64,000 nucleotides of DNA from a virus (lineage: Duplodnaviria > Heunggongvirae > Uroviricota > Caudoviricetes). Made by a program: the position numbers and the translations under genes. Below the pieces are notes generated by a model. The model saw only the letters and a list, made by a program, of their open reading frames with translations. It had not been told where the DNA came from and made no database searches. The DNA lies in the IMG/VR virus record IMGVR_UViG_3300033146_003879, positions 118,990 to 182,989 of that record, one strand, 5' to 3'. This document shows, one piece after another, positions 36,940-49,232 of this stretch. How positions within the stretch are numbered: the first letter of the stretch is position 1; each line of letters starts with the position of its first letter.

Positions 36940-37656
36940 TTACACAATATCCCGTATTAACGTTTCAATGCGTTTAAGCTTCCTTTCGCTATCCCGCAAC
37001 CGATCCAACTCCCGATGTTTAATAATAACCACGTCAATCTCAAACTGAGATTCTTCGTGCTTACTACTGTCTGCATACACCGTCCCAGCTATATCAACAA
37101 GCATCTTAATGTCGGTAATCGGAATACTGTGCAAGAAGTGCAGGAACTTCTCCTGTAATCTGGTAGTAGCATTGAGCAGACTCGTATTCGCATCCGCCTC
37201 TTCATCAACTAGCTTAATTGCTATCTCTACCTTCCTGCGCCTCTCCAGATAACTCTCACGTTCGACATGCATAGTAGAACTATCTCCTACCACAAACTTC
37301 TTAACCGCTTCTATGTTGTCCGTAACAATAGAAACGTAGTTCGTGAACTCAGTCGCCGCAGCCTCAACCTCTGTAGAAATATCGATAGTATGTACCACAA
37401 ACTGCTTCGCGTCTCGAACTACCACATTAACCGTCACACCATCACTGAACGCATGAACTTCTTCTCTAAGCATACTCCGCAGCATCTTACTCGTACACTC
37501 ATAAGGGGCCTGAGTCTCCACATGGACAATTGCATTAAGTGGGTGCACAAAGCCATCAATACCAACAACTGAGGCACCTATCTCATCCTCAATAAGCTTG
37601 AATTTCATACCCGTTGCATATAACAACACTACGCTATTCTTATGCATAACATACAC
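36940..37656 (-). CDS. hypothetical protein (238 aa)
   Basis: ORF. Confidence 0.4.
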   Translation of the reverse strand: MYVMHKNSVVLLYATGMKFKLIEDEIGASVVGIDGFVHPLNAIVHVETQAPYECTSKMLRSMLREEVHAFSDGVTVNVVVRDAKQFVVHTIDISTEVEAAATEFTNYVSIVTDNIEAVKKFVVGDSSTMHVERESYLERRRKVEIAIKLVDEEADANTSLLNATTRLQEKFLHFLHSIPITDIKMLVDIAGTVYADSSKHEESQFEIDVVIIKHRELDRLRDSERKLKRIETLIRDIV

Positions 37657-37819
37657 CTCTCATAAATTGTTATTAAAAGTCGCTCGACCTACGTCTTACC
37701 TCAATGCTCATGATCACCCCCGGTTAGTATCAACAGCAGCGTTCTCTTTCGCAATAGGAAGCAGCGTAAACATATCCGTACCCCAGTCTCCTATAAAAAT
37801 TAAAGATATATTGTTACAG

Positions 37820-37835
37820 TATCTTATACCACAAT
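37820..37835 (-). promoter_or_regulatory. recurrent promoter-like motif, copy 4
   Basis: cttataccacaatac. Confidence 0.4.
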
Positions 37836-37874
37836 ACATAAAAAATAGGGCGTAGAATTAACCACGCCTTATCT

Positions 37875-38303
37875 TTAGTTTACGACTACGCAGTTTATCT
37901 GCTCCTCAATGATACGAGTCGCATCCTCCTTATTTTTTGCGTCATATACAAACACCATACGCTCTTGGTACGATGCTATTGGGCAATTCTTGATGAGCCA
38001 TAAGTCCGCTTCATAGGAAGTGCTCCATATAGCTACATCCGCTTCACCCTCTGCCTCAACCCACTCGAGGTCCTTCTTGTTGGTTGCGAGTATTCTTGGT
38101 GTAGGCTCCACTTCCGCATCGAGCTCGAGTAGTGCGAACGGATACAACCAAATGCACCTACCTAACTCTTCCATCATCTTGTCGTAGTTAGCAATCCACC
38201 ACTCTCGGTAGATCTTGTATTCCTTTCCAGGAACGTACGTCTTGTCAATTCCAGCCACGTCACCCTCCAAACAGGTTAGTAAGAACAATCTAAAAGCCCC
38301 CAC
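37875..38303 (-). CDS. hypothetical protein (142 aa)
   Basis: ORF. Confidence 0.4.
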   Translation of the reverse strand: MGAFRLFLLTCLEGDVAGIDKTYVPGKEYKIYREWWIANYDKMMEELGRCIWLYPFALLELDAEVEPTPRILATNKKDLEWVEAEGEADVAIWSTSYEADLWLIKNCPIASYQERMVFVYDAKNKEDATRIIEEQINCVVVN

Positions 38304-38673
38304 CGGACTCCAACATGCGGTAGCTAAAGTAGACGAGCCCTGTTCCTGTTGAAAAAGCTAACACAGCAACACTCATACTAACGATAACAAACACTACATT
38401 TACTATAAAATGAAATGCCATGCCCACTGTGATCCTTAACCTGTACGCCAACAGCACAAACCATCGCCTACCAAACGTACGTCTCAGGTAAGATGCTAAT
38501 ACTCCCCCATACGTCCACGTACAGGATTCTCCGCGAGTGCCGACGCTATGGACTCAACAGCAATATAAAGCAACGACGGACCAATAAACAAAACCGTAAT
38601 CATACCGAACGTGCCTGCCCCAGGTATAAAAGGAACAGCATCTTGTTAGCTATATCAAGGTCAGGAGCAGGCA

Positions 38674-38970
38674 TTACGTAATCTCCTTAAGCGCAATAAT
38701 AAGGTCTTTTCTCTGGTCGGATGTAAGACCGTAGTACCCTGAGATAGCCATCTCAACAGCAGCGTCATCAAGCTTACCCTCATCAATGAACTGTCTAACA
38801 TCGCTAGGAGTTACGCCTGTCTTGCTTTCAAGTAGCCTCCCCTCATTCATGCCAACAATGTCGTCTACATTTTTGTAAACCTTATCTGAGGCATGTAAGA
38901 ATAGCGGCAACATAGTAACGAGCGTTGTCGCTCTGCCTACAGCGTGCTCCAATACATCACGATCACTCAT
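38674..38970 (-). CDS. hypothetical protein (98 aa)
   Basis: ORF. Confidence 0.4.
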   Translation of the reverse strand: MSDRDVLEHAVGRATTLVTMLPLFLHASDKVYKNVDDIVGMNEGRLLESKTGVTPSDVRQFIDEGKLDDAAVEMAISGYYGLTSDQRKDLIIALKEIT

Positions 38971-38980
38971 ACGATTCTCC

Positions 38981-39006
38981 TTTAGAATAAAAGCCCCCGA
39001 AGGGGC
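38981..39006 (-). terminator. rho-independent terminator (gcccc-cgaa-ggggc plus U-run on minus)
   Basis: Hairpin at 38993-39006. Minus strand continues CUUUUAUUCUAAA. Confidence 0.45.
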
Positions 39007-39011
39007 CTTTG

Positions 39012-39386
39012 TTAAACTTCAATCTCGAACGTGCCATCCCAGGCAGGCTCATTAACTGGCATCTCTCTGATTGCTGCAGCAAACACCTTTATCATGAGCG
39101 TAAGCTGCTTCTTTGGAAGCTCAATTAACAAGACTCCGGCAGGGTTTATGTTTTTATCCCGCAGGTTAAAGACCTTGGAAACTGAGTTACTTGATACAGA
39201 TACCTCTCCGGCAGGTCTGCCATCAGCATCGACGATGCTTGCACCGTGAACGCCGGGGTACTTCCCTACCGCTTTTGACAAAGCGTCAATAAGCCCCGCT
39301 TCGTCAATAGCCGTAGATCCATCAACAGTAATAAACACACCACTCTTACCAACTTTTACTCTTTTACTCATACCTTTGATCCCCAA
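39012..39386 (-). CDS. hypothetical protein (124 aa)
   Basis: ORF. Confidence 0.4.
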   Translation of the reverse strand: MGIKGMSKRVKVGKSGVFITVDGSTAIDEAGLIDALSKAVGKYPGVHGASIVDADGRPAGEVSVSSNSVSKVFNLRDKNINPAGVLLIELPKKQLTLMIKVFAAAIREMPVNEPAWDGTFEIEV

Positions 39387-39401
39387 ATATATGGTTTCTA
39401 T

Positions 39402-39635
39402 TTAAGATTCCTTTTCTCCCTCATCTACCTCACCAACGGCGCGATCACTCTTTTTATAGGCCTCACCAGACTTACAATCTTTTGTAAGTTCAATAAATGC
39501 GGTATACGCATCGAGTATACGTATTTTCTCATCGATAATATTGTATCTATTCCGGATATACCCTCTGATCACCATACTAAGCACGGCTACCAGTAATATA
39601 CCTAGCCCAAGACCTGTTGCAATAACACTACTCAT
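39402..39635 (-). CDS. small membrane protein (about 78 aa; the long ORF is trimmed to avoid overlapping the upstream gene)
   Basis: MSSVIATGLGLGILLVAVLSMVI. Confidence 0.35.
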   Translation of the reverse strand: MSSVIATGLGLGILLVAVLSMVIRGYIRNRYNIIDEKIRILDAYTAFIELTKDCKSGEAYKKSDRAVGEVDEGEKES

Positions 39636-40122
39636 GATCTTCCTCCTTTGTGTTAGCGTCCAATCCTGTAGCTGGGTACTGCGGCCGTGCCCCTTCATAA
39701 TTACCCCACAACTTAAACATACAATTACATGTGAAATGTTCCCAATGCGGTAACCCGCTATCAGGATCAACATCCAGTAGATGGTCAATCTCGTTATCTG
39801 CTCGACTCCGCCCGTTAAACACAGATGCAAGGTGTCTTATAGAGGCGCTAAAATAACGCTCTTGGAAATTAGCGAGATACTTCCAATTGTCAATACCGTA
39901 TTTTAATGCTCCGTGTTGCATAACCTCCTCTGTTGCCGCGATAGCAATGAGTCTCCAATCATCACCTACTTCCCCCGCATCAAACACAATACTTATGGCG
40001 TCCTTAACCATCTTAACGAGATGGTCATCATTTTTTTCATATAGAAGCTCAACCATTCTCTCAGGAATAAGTACGCGAGGCTTGTTACTATCATACTTAG
40101 TTCCTACTACCTCCTTACTCAT
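39628..40122 (-). CDS. dATP/dGTP pyrophosphohydrolase-like domain protein
   Basis: KYDSNKPRV ... MQHGALKYGIDNWKY, the motif pattern of the phage dATP/dGTP PPHase N-terminal domain. Based on motif resemblance only. Confidence 0.45.
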   Translation of the reverse strand: MSKEVVGTKYDSNKPRVLIPERMVELLYEKNDDHLVKMVKDAISIVFDAGEVGDDWRLIAIAATEEVMQHGALKYGIDNWKYLANFQERYFSASIRHLASVFNGRSRADNEIDHLLDVDPDSGLPHWEHFTCNCMFKLWGNYEGARPQYPATGLDANTKEEDHE

Positions 40123-40477
40123 GGCTCATTACCTCCAACCATTTACAGTTCCACAAATCAACATCTGGAGAAACACCTTTACGATGTCCATACCACAAAC
40201 CATTACTCTTTCTACGCACAGTACACTTAACAGTGTCACCTTTAGAACCCGCTCGCGGGTGATGCACCAACACGATATCATGCTCATATATAGCAACACC
40301 GTTTCTATCAACCCTCCCAATGTACTCACCTTCGGTACCCCTAACACAGGTGGTGAATAGCATTTCACGAGGGGCCTTTATGCAAGGTACCCCTCTATCG
40401 TAAACAAGATCACCATACATGAATTTACCGAATTTCGATATGTCGTCAGGCCGAGCTCTAAATACTCTTCTTTTCAA
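40115..40477 (-). CDS. hypothetical protein (120 aa)
   Basis: ORF. Confidence 0.4.
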   Translation of the reverse strand: MKRRVFRARPDDISKFGKFMYGDLVYDRGVPCIKAPREMLFTTCVRGTEGEYIGRVDRNGVAIYEHDIVLVHHPRAGSKGDTVKCTVRRKSNGLWYGHRKGVSPDVDLWNCKWLEVMSHE

Positions 40478-40691
40478 TCTTCCCCTCCTTATACAACTTC
40501 AGAAATGCTCTTTTCTCCAGTCCTTCCGGAAGAAGTTTGCATTTATGGTCAGGACGAGATGCTTCATAGCGGACAATCCGCTTGACAAGATCTAGCTCAC
40601 TATCGGCCGACAGTATCTCACCAACCTCAATATCAATGACTTCTCCGAGGGCAGTGTCCTCGGTTATCACAACATACATCTTCTCAGACAT
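40458..40691 (-). CDS. hypothetical protein (77 aa)
   Basis: ORF. Confidence 0.35.
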   Translation of the reverse strand: MSEKMYVVITEDTALGEVIDIEVGEILSADSELDLVKRIVRYEASRPDHKCKLLPEGLEKRAFLKLYKEGKIEKKSI

Positions 40692-40704
40692 GATATTACA
40701 CCCC

Positions 40705-41517
40705 CTACCTTAGGTTACGAATCACAGGTATGCCATTTGCACCCGAAGGTATATAAACAGTCGTGTGGTTTGGGGAATTTGCCATCTTCTTCTGAGCAGA
40801 GATGGCTTCATGCTGCAGGTAATTCTTTGTGAGAGTCGCGTTAATAATACGCTGCGCCTCCGCAATACCTTTCGCCTCTTCAATGCGTATCTCTGCATCT
40901 TTCTTGGCGATCTCCCTCTGCGTCTCTTTTTCTTCAAGTTTTTGTTTTGCAGCGAGCTTCTTTTCGACAGCTTTTGTAACAACGTCGGGATAATTTATGT
41001 TACCGACTACAGCTGAGATGAGTATAAAAGGTGTATCTTTCAAGTACTCCTGCATCTTCTTCATTACCGCTTTCGCAATAACAATACGTTGCGCTTTAAC
41101 AGCCCTACTGTTTAAAGGTTGTACATTCTCACGAACGGCAGAACGTAAAGGCTCATGAATATATTTCTCGTAGAACTTCGCTCCCGAGAACTCTTCTACA
41201 ACTCTCCGAATCGTTCCTTTCCGCACCTTTATGATTGTTTGGAACCTGAACCCAATGTTTAGCTCATCTTTCGCAAGGATCCTAAATCCCTCCGTATATG
41301 TCTGCGGACGGAAGTCCACGTTCTCAACCTCGTTACGCCACAGCGACACCCCGAAGTTACCTGGACCAGTAATCGCTCCTTGAAATCCACCGGAACCAAA
41401 GATTCGTGGATCCTCGAATACATATCCTTCATGCCCGGCAGGAGTGCTTGGGTTGCTGCAACTGATAGATGCAAGGGATACGAACAACAACATAATAACA
41501 AACAAGATCTTTTTCAT
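40705..41517 (-). CDS. lipoprotein with SPFH (band-7 / prohibitin / HflC-like) domain
   Basis: Signal peptide plus lipobox LASISC. Charged Ala/Glu/Lys-rich helical tail (KAVEKKLAAKQKLEEKETQREIAKKDAEIRIEEAKGIAEAQRII) typical of SPFH proteins. Confidence 0.55.
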   Translation of the reverse strand: MKKILFVIMLLFVSLASISCSNPSTPAGHEGYVFEDPRIFGSGGFQGAITGPGNFGVSLWRNEVENVDFRPQTYTEGFRILAKDELNIGFRFQTIIKVRKGTIRRVVEEFSGAKFYEKYIHEPLRSAVRENVQPLNSRAVKAQRIVIAKAVMKKMQEYLKDTPFILISAVVGNINYPDVVTKAVEKKLAAKQKLEEKETQREIAKKDAEIRIEEAKGIAEAQRIINATLTKNYLQHEAISAQKKMANSPNHTTVYIPSGANGIPVIRNLR

Positions 41518-41519
41518 TT

Positions 41520-42096
41520 CTTCTTCTCCAATAATTGTTTAAGTTTTTCTTTCATCTCCGGAATATTATTCTCAAGACTTCTTGTCTTGTACGACTCCAT
41601 ACTATCGTCTCCTGATAATAGGTAGTATTCTTTCAAGTAGTTCTGCACCAAGCGCTAGAGCGACTCTAGCGAGATGGAAATCCTCCTCCGTGACGTCGAT
41701 AATTTCTTTACCGTAACCGTTGTCAGGATCTTCCCCTTCACCTCTATCATCGCGTCTTAGTTCTTCAAGCTCTTCCGCGAAGTAGCGGATACGCCTCTAC
41801 TCATAGTCGAAGTGACTTCCACTACCTCAATGTAATCTCCATCTTTACTCATAACCGAGCTCCGCGAACAACTATAAATAGTAATGTTAGTAATATACCT
41901 CCCTTGGTACGGGAGCAAATCCTTTCGGATATCTTTCCAGGGCAGCATTTGCAAGCTCCACTTTCTCATCTCGTGAAGCCTTGTTGTACTTCGCAAGATA
42001 CTTCCTAATGGCTGTAGCGTTGATGGCACAACCTGTTAGCAGCTCTCCTAACAGTAGAGCATGCGTCCCGGCCAATACACTTCTATCTCTTACCAT
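41520..42096 (-). pseudogene. possible frameshift-disrupted gene (three overlapping partial ORFs in three frames)
   Basis: 41887..42096, 41757..42029, and a start-less acidic ORF fragment at about 41600-41760 sit in different frames and tile the region. A 28-aa ORF (41518-41604) overlaps the next start by ATGA. Confidence 0.25.
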
Positions 42097-42097
42097 C

Positions 42098-42346
42098 TTA
42101 AACCCCTGTAATATGTCTGAAAAGTTCCTTGTTTAGTACCTCAAGATTCTGCAAGTAATAATATAGATATTTGGAATCTATCTTGGTGCGATCGTACTCA
42201 AAAACAACGTCACCACGCACCACATGCACAGTAATACCCTTTGGTACGAACTCAATCTGTTTATCTTTCGACCGGAAAATAACAGCGTCACCAACAACGT
42301 CACCATCCTTTTCTACACTATTCGATGTAAGTTCACCTCTACTCAC
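42098..42346 (-). CDS. hypothetical protein (82 aa)
   Basis: ORF. Confidence 0.35.
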   Translation of the reverse strand: MSRGELTSNSVEKDGDVVGDAVIFRSKDKQIEFVPKGITVHVVRGDVVFEYDRTKIDSKYLYYYLQNLEVLNKELFRHITGV

Positions 42347-42355
42347 AACAGCCTC

Positions 42356-42883
42356 CTAATAGTTAAACGAGTCAAGGTGCCACGCCATAACGTTAAGCTC
42401 CTTCTCTGTTATTTTCCCATCCACAGCGCGGAATACACCAGGCATTCCTGTCATAGTATCAAGCATAGAGGGTAGCTCGACGACAATACAGTAGCGTCTG
42501 AACTTATGAGTACGGTGCTCATCTATCCAGGTACTCACACTAACCATATTTCCAGACCCTCCCTTTATGCGCACAACCTCGGCTTTGTACTCCTTAACGA
42601 AGTCAGCTAAGCCATCTTCATCAATCCCTTCCTCAAGGAATATGACAGGGGCAGCTAAATGAGGTCTTAACAACACCTCTCCTTTAGTAAGCTCCTTCAA
42701 CGTAAGTACGCATCTGTTAACGAGGGCAACGCGACTTGTGCACGCAACACCACTAGGGGTTCTCCCGTGGGCGTGCTTGCATTTACCTACTTCACCCTTG
42801 TTGTACACACAAGGGTTTTCTTTACTGTCCTGACATAACAACGACAACGACGCTCGGTTATCTCTTAACTTTTCTTCACACAT
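42356..42883 (-). CDS. hypothetical Cys-rich protein (start MCEEKL after GGAGG)
   Basis: ORF with an internal RBS-supported start. Confidence 0.4.
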   Translation of the reverse strand: MCEEKLRDNRASLSLLCQDSKENPCVYNKGEVGKCKHAHGRTPSGVACTSRVALVNRCVLTLKELTKGEVLLRPHLAAPVIFLEEGIDEDGLADFVKEYKAEVVRIKGGSGNMVSVSTWIDEHRTHKFRRYCIVVELPSMLDTMTGMPGVFRAVDGKITEKELNVMAWHLDSFNY

Positions 42884-42893
42884 CACCACCTCC

Positions 42894-43274
42894 TTAGTTC
42901 CACAAGCTGAGGAAATTTTCCCCAAGCAACTTGAGTCCTTCCTCCACCTTTTCCTTCTCACCTTCCACAGTAAACAATCCTCCTCCCCCTTCCTTGATTA
43001 TCATCTCAAGTGCGACAACAATCTTGTCAAGGTCACTAATAAACTCTGCACTCTGTTCTGCATCTCCAGGGTATGTGTCCCTGAATTCTTTTATTCTCGG
43101 GAGCATGAACTTCGAGAGAGTAAGATCGAGGCTCCACAATTCACTTTCATCAAACCCACGCGCTAGGCGCTGTTCCCTGAACTGCTCCACCCTACCATCA
43201 TCTTCTGATACAGCAGTGAAGTTTACGTTTGGCACCCCGCACTCTTTCGGGTCAAAAATCCTTCTTTCAGACAT
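42894..43274 (-). CDS. hypothetical acidic protein (126 aa)
   Basis: aggaggagg RBS. Preceded by a 500-nt structured leader. Confidence 0.45.
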   Translation of the reverse strand: MSERRIFDPKECGVPNVNFTAVSEDDGRVEQFREQRLARGFDESELWSLDLTLSKFMLPRIKEFRDTYPGDAEQSAEFISDLDKIVVALEMIIKEGGGGLFTVEGEKEKVEEGLKLLGENFLSLWN

Positions 43275-43781
43275 AATAGTAACCTCCTCCTCCTTTTGCT
43301 ATAAAAAATGTGGCTTCCGCCAGTAAAACATCCTGCAGTAGTTAGCAAGACAACGTCACACAGACATCCTCGTGTGGCAATAACGGCTCCCTTATATAGC
43401 AGGGAACTGCAGACGTGAGTGTAGAGCAAAGGGCCACCTTCGCTACGCACACTCACTAATTTTATGCACAGAGTCCATCTTGTGCAACCTCCTATCGCGG
43501 AAGGGTTCGGCCTCACCCGTAGTAGTAAACTCATACACCGGTGAGGAGATATATGAGCCGTAGAAGCATAGCCGTGGAGCCAGGAAGCTATCCCAACTTC
43601 GCACGAACTATAACTTTTACACACGTTGCTTAAGCGTGCAACCTGGCTCCTGCAGGTATAGGGTATGTCCAGTCTTCACTACGGGATAGGACATACAAAC
43701 GTCCCGCAGAGCCCCGTTCTTACACGAGGATTTTACCGTCAGCTAATACGGCTTAATGAATATACATTGATATTCATTCAA

Positions 43782-43797
43782 CTTCTTATACCACATA
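43782..43797 (-). promoter_or_regulatory. recurrent promoter-like motif, copy 5
   Basis: cttataccacatatctaggatttttacact. Confidence 0.4.
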
Positions 43798-43807
43798 TCT
43801 AGGATTT

Positions 43808-46442
<2,635 letters not shown>

Positions 46443-46578
46443 TACCCTCCTCTTTCGTCTCTACCTCAATCTCTACGGGGTTGTGCTCGACAGCCTCCCC
46501 AACAGGAACAGGCTTCTCTTTAAGGAACATCTTAAATACATTAAACATGATTACCTCCAAGGTAAATAAATTATCCAT

Positions 46579-46594
46579 AATCTTATACCATAAA
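46579..46594 (-). promoter_or_regulatory. recurrent promoter-like motif, copy 6 (divergent region; a separate TATAAT + GGAGG serves the + gene)
   Basis: cttataccataaacaccctccTATAATttac. Confidence 0.4.
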
Positions 46595-46633
46595 CACCCT
46601 CCTATAATTTACACAGAATAGATGGAGGGTAAT

Positions 46634-47506
46634 ATGGGAAGCTTTCTTAAGTATGCTAAATTAATGCTCGACATAAATATCGGAGATATTATGTTAACCG
46701 GTCGATTCAAGAATCACCGCGAGGTAGTAAAAACAATGGGTACTGACGAGCTTGGGCAGCCACTGATAAATGGGAAGAAACTACTTGATATGCGCATCGA
46801 GAAGAAACTCCCTTTTGAGAAGAGAAGTAAGAAGACAAAGGAAGAGTCAGGAAAGAGTGTAAAGAAGTTCAGTAAGAAAGCGGACCAAAAGTCAATGGTG
46901 ATAGACGGCGACAAGATACAAGGCGTAGGCATGAGAAGAACACTGCATGACTATCTTGATGAAAAAGGAATTAAAGGCGTTGCTGTTAATGATGCGAAGA
47001 CCGGGAATGTCGAGGTGACTGTAGATGCCCCAACAAAAGACGATGCGGTGCGCGCTCTTGAAGAACTAAAGGTGATCGCAAACAACCGTGTTGGTGAACC
47101 GCTGCGCTACAATATGCCTAAGCGTCCTCTACCGTTACGGGACGCAGTAATAACAAACGAGGACATGGAGCGGTTCAACACAAAGTCATACGAAAGCTTT
47201 CTCCGATCACGTAAGCTTCATCCTGAAATGCGGTTCTCAACAGGTAGACTTCCGCTTGAAGATGTCATAAGGGAAACAGCAGAACGCTATCGACTACAGC
47301 GCGGAGAAGGTGATGTTGCCTTGCAAGGACTCGTCACAGCAAGAGCATTACGGCAACTCCTAAACAAGGAAACACAATACGAATTCATGCGTAGAGAGAA
47401 CCTTGTTCGCAGTAAAGCCGAGGGGTATGCGTTACTCGCTAAGATAAAAGCGATGCGTGAGGCAAATGGAAGAGGAGACGACACCGACTGGCCATCAAAA
47501 AAATAA
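46634..47506 (+). CDS. protein with acylphosphatase-like domain
   Basis: IDGDKIQGVGMRRTLHDYLDEKGIKGVAVNDAKTGNVEVTV matches the acylphosphatase V-x-G-x-VQGV-x-FR signature. GGAGGG RBS. Confidence 0.45.
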   Translation: MGSFLKYAKLMLDINIGDIMLTGRFKNHREVVKTMGTDELGQPLINGKKLLDMRIEKKLPFEKRSKKTKEESGKSVKKFSKKADQKSMVIDGDKIQGVGMRRTLHDYLDEKGIKGVAVNDAKTGNVEVTVDAPTKDDAVRALEELKVIANNRVGEPLRYNMPKRPLPLRDAVITNEDMERFNTKSYESFLRSRKLHPEMRFSTGRLPLEDVIRETAERYRLQRGEGDVALQGLVTARALRQLLNKETQYEFMRRENLVRSKAEGYALLAKIKAMREANGRGDDTDWPSKK

Positions 47507-48016
47507 ATAACGCCACCACCACAGTATGCGGGAATGGGGCACTATCAATGCATAACAACAGCTGTCTTCAGCCAATCGCTCCAAACCGCTACGCCGTGAA
47601 GGCTCGGTGGATTGAGATGTTATGCATTGATAGTTGCACACCAGATTTGATTTTTACTTCCAGTTTTCTCTGGAACCCAAGTTTCACCACTGCCTCCTGT
47701 GTGGATCCCCCGGGGAGCAACTCTTGTTTATCCCGGCGTCGCAGTGCTATCGCGACGGAGCACACCCTCTGTTTTTAAGTGGTATCGGGTGCTCCCTTCC
47801 ACTGGTTATTGATGGCTGTTCGCGCAGCTCGGGATGTGAGTCCCGCCATCTAGGTATGGCAATCGTCACCCTAACCACCCTACTTACCGCGAGGTGGAAG
47901 CGTCTGACAGTTTTCACTGTCGGTCGGGTGCTAACTAACGTGTTCGACCATTACGCTCGCATAGTTTTCCATCTATACGAGTATGACGTATACATCGGGA
48001 GTATACTTCATATCAT

Positions 48017-48032
48017 ATTCTTATACCACAGA
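48017..48032 (-). promoter_or_regulatory. recurrent promoter-like motif, copy 7
   Basis: catattcttataccacagaatacgattttttgcagg. Confidence 0.45.
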
Positions 48033-48083
48033 ATACGATTTTTTGCAGGGTATTTAGGGCGGATCTATCTGGAACCCGGATCG

Positions 48084-48136
48084 AAAAAAATATACTTACT
48101 CCCAGGGGACACCGCTCGTCAGCGGCTACCCCTGGT
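48084..48136 (-). terminator. rho-independent terminator (ccaggggacaccgctcgtcagcggctacccctgg plus U7 on minus)
   Basis: Long GC hairpin. Minus strand continues GAGUAAGUAUAUUUUUUUCG. Confidence 0.55.
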
Positions 48137-48378
48137 TTCAGGCACCCCTCTACAACTAGGCTCTAGCCTAGACCAATACCCTTGAGGGGAAAGTATATTG
48201 GTCACCGCGTTTCTTTTTACCCATGAGGCTCGCGGCTAGCCTCTGCGGATGACCTTTCTCAAGGCTCCGCTTCCTTTATTCTCTTCATGATCTCTGCACC
48301 TCCCAGTGCTTGCCCGGTGACCAACCCGGATAATGGCCAATAGTATCCCGGCTGCCTGGCAGGGATACTTCATATCAT
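48084..48378 (-). ncRNA. candidate about 290-nt structured ncRNA bounded by a promoter (48379-48394) and a terminator (48084-48136)
   Basis: No ORF with an RBS. GC-rich, with multiple hairpins. Discrete promoter-to-terminator unit on the minus strand. Confidence 0.3.
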
Positions 48379-48394
48379 GTTCTTATACCATAGA
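48379..48394 (-). promoter_or_regulatory. recurrent promoter-like motif, copy 8
   Basis: catgttcttataccatagaatcacagtttttgcagg. Confidence 0.45.
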
Positions 48395-48605
48395 ATCACA
48401 GTTTTTGCAGGTGCCTATCTGGAAGCCGAAAAAAGAAACGCACTGCTGAGTACTACGCAGTTTGTTCCTTTTACCACGTGGCGTTCGTGGATTTGTGCAT
48501 CGTCTTTTCTATGTACTACGGGGCGGATTGCAGTTCCCCTCATGTCTATTTATATTTTGTTTTACATCAGCGCCAACACGGCGAGCGCTGATAGACGGCC
48601 AAGGC

Positions 48606-49115
48606 TCAACCCACAGGAGGAGTAGAGACGATAGGTCCGTAGTAGACCCACACCTCATGATATGAGCCCACTATGCTCACACCATACTCCACACCATACT
48701 CCTTGCTAAGGTCCGCCTTAATCTCCTCGAGATCAGGGTACCCATTCACAGGAGCATCTGTGCAGTGATCTGCTACTTGGTAGTAGATGTCACCCTCTAC
48801 ATCGTAGAGTTTGCCACTTACCTCGCAGATCTTGAGATCAGACAGACTGATGTCTTTGGCATGAAGGTCCACCAGAAGTGCGTATGCACCTCTCGAGTAC
48901 TTCAATGCGTCAGCATCAGATGTCCCTTTATCAACAATACCCTTATCACGGGCACAGTCGAGTATAAGGGCAGCACCGATACGGTGCATGTCCGCTAGGC
49001 CCTCATGCAGAATCTTTGCTGCACGAACACCCAGGATCTCATTCTTGTAGTCACGTACCGTTGCGACGTACTCCCAAACGGAGCGTCGAACGATAGAACC
49101 ACAAGCCTCCACCAT
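48606..49115 (-). CDS. hypothetical protein (169 aa)
   Basis: ORF. Confidence 0.45.
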   Translation of the reverse strand: MVEACGSIVRRSVWEYVATVRDYKNEILGVRAAKILHEGLADMHRIGAALILDCARDKGIVDKGTSDADALKYSRGAYALLVDLHAKDISLSDLKICEVSGKLYDVEGDIYYQVADHCTDAPVNGYPDLEEIKADLSKEYGVEYGVSIVGSYHEVWVYYGPIVSTPPVG

Positions 49116-49232
49116 CTTTATAGACAGTATGTTATCAACACACCTCCTACAAAGAGAGAGCCCACCTCAATCAGGGCAGCACGCATACACCTATACACGT
49201 ACCAGCGATCTACACAATGTATAGACTACCAT

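Noticed and set aside
47634-48185. 183-aa + strand ORF, and other short ORFs (47548..47778, 48377..48625, 48462..48665) in the non-coding unit array
   Set aside because: They have no Shine-Dalgarno site, run antisense to the local promoters, show GC-rich biased composition, and overlap the terminator hairpins. They are more likely open by chance in GC-rich structured DNA.
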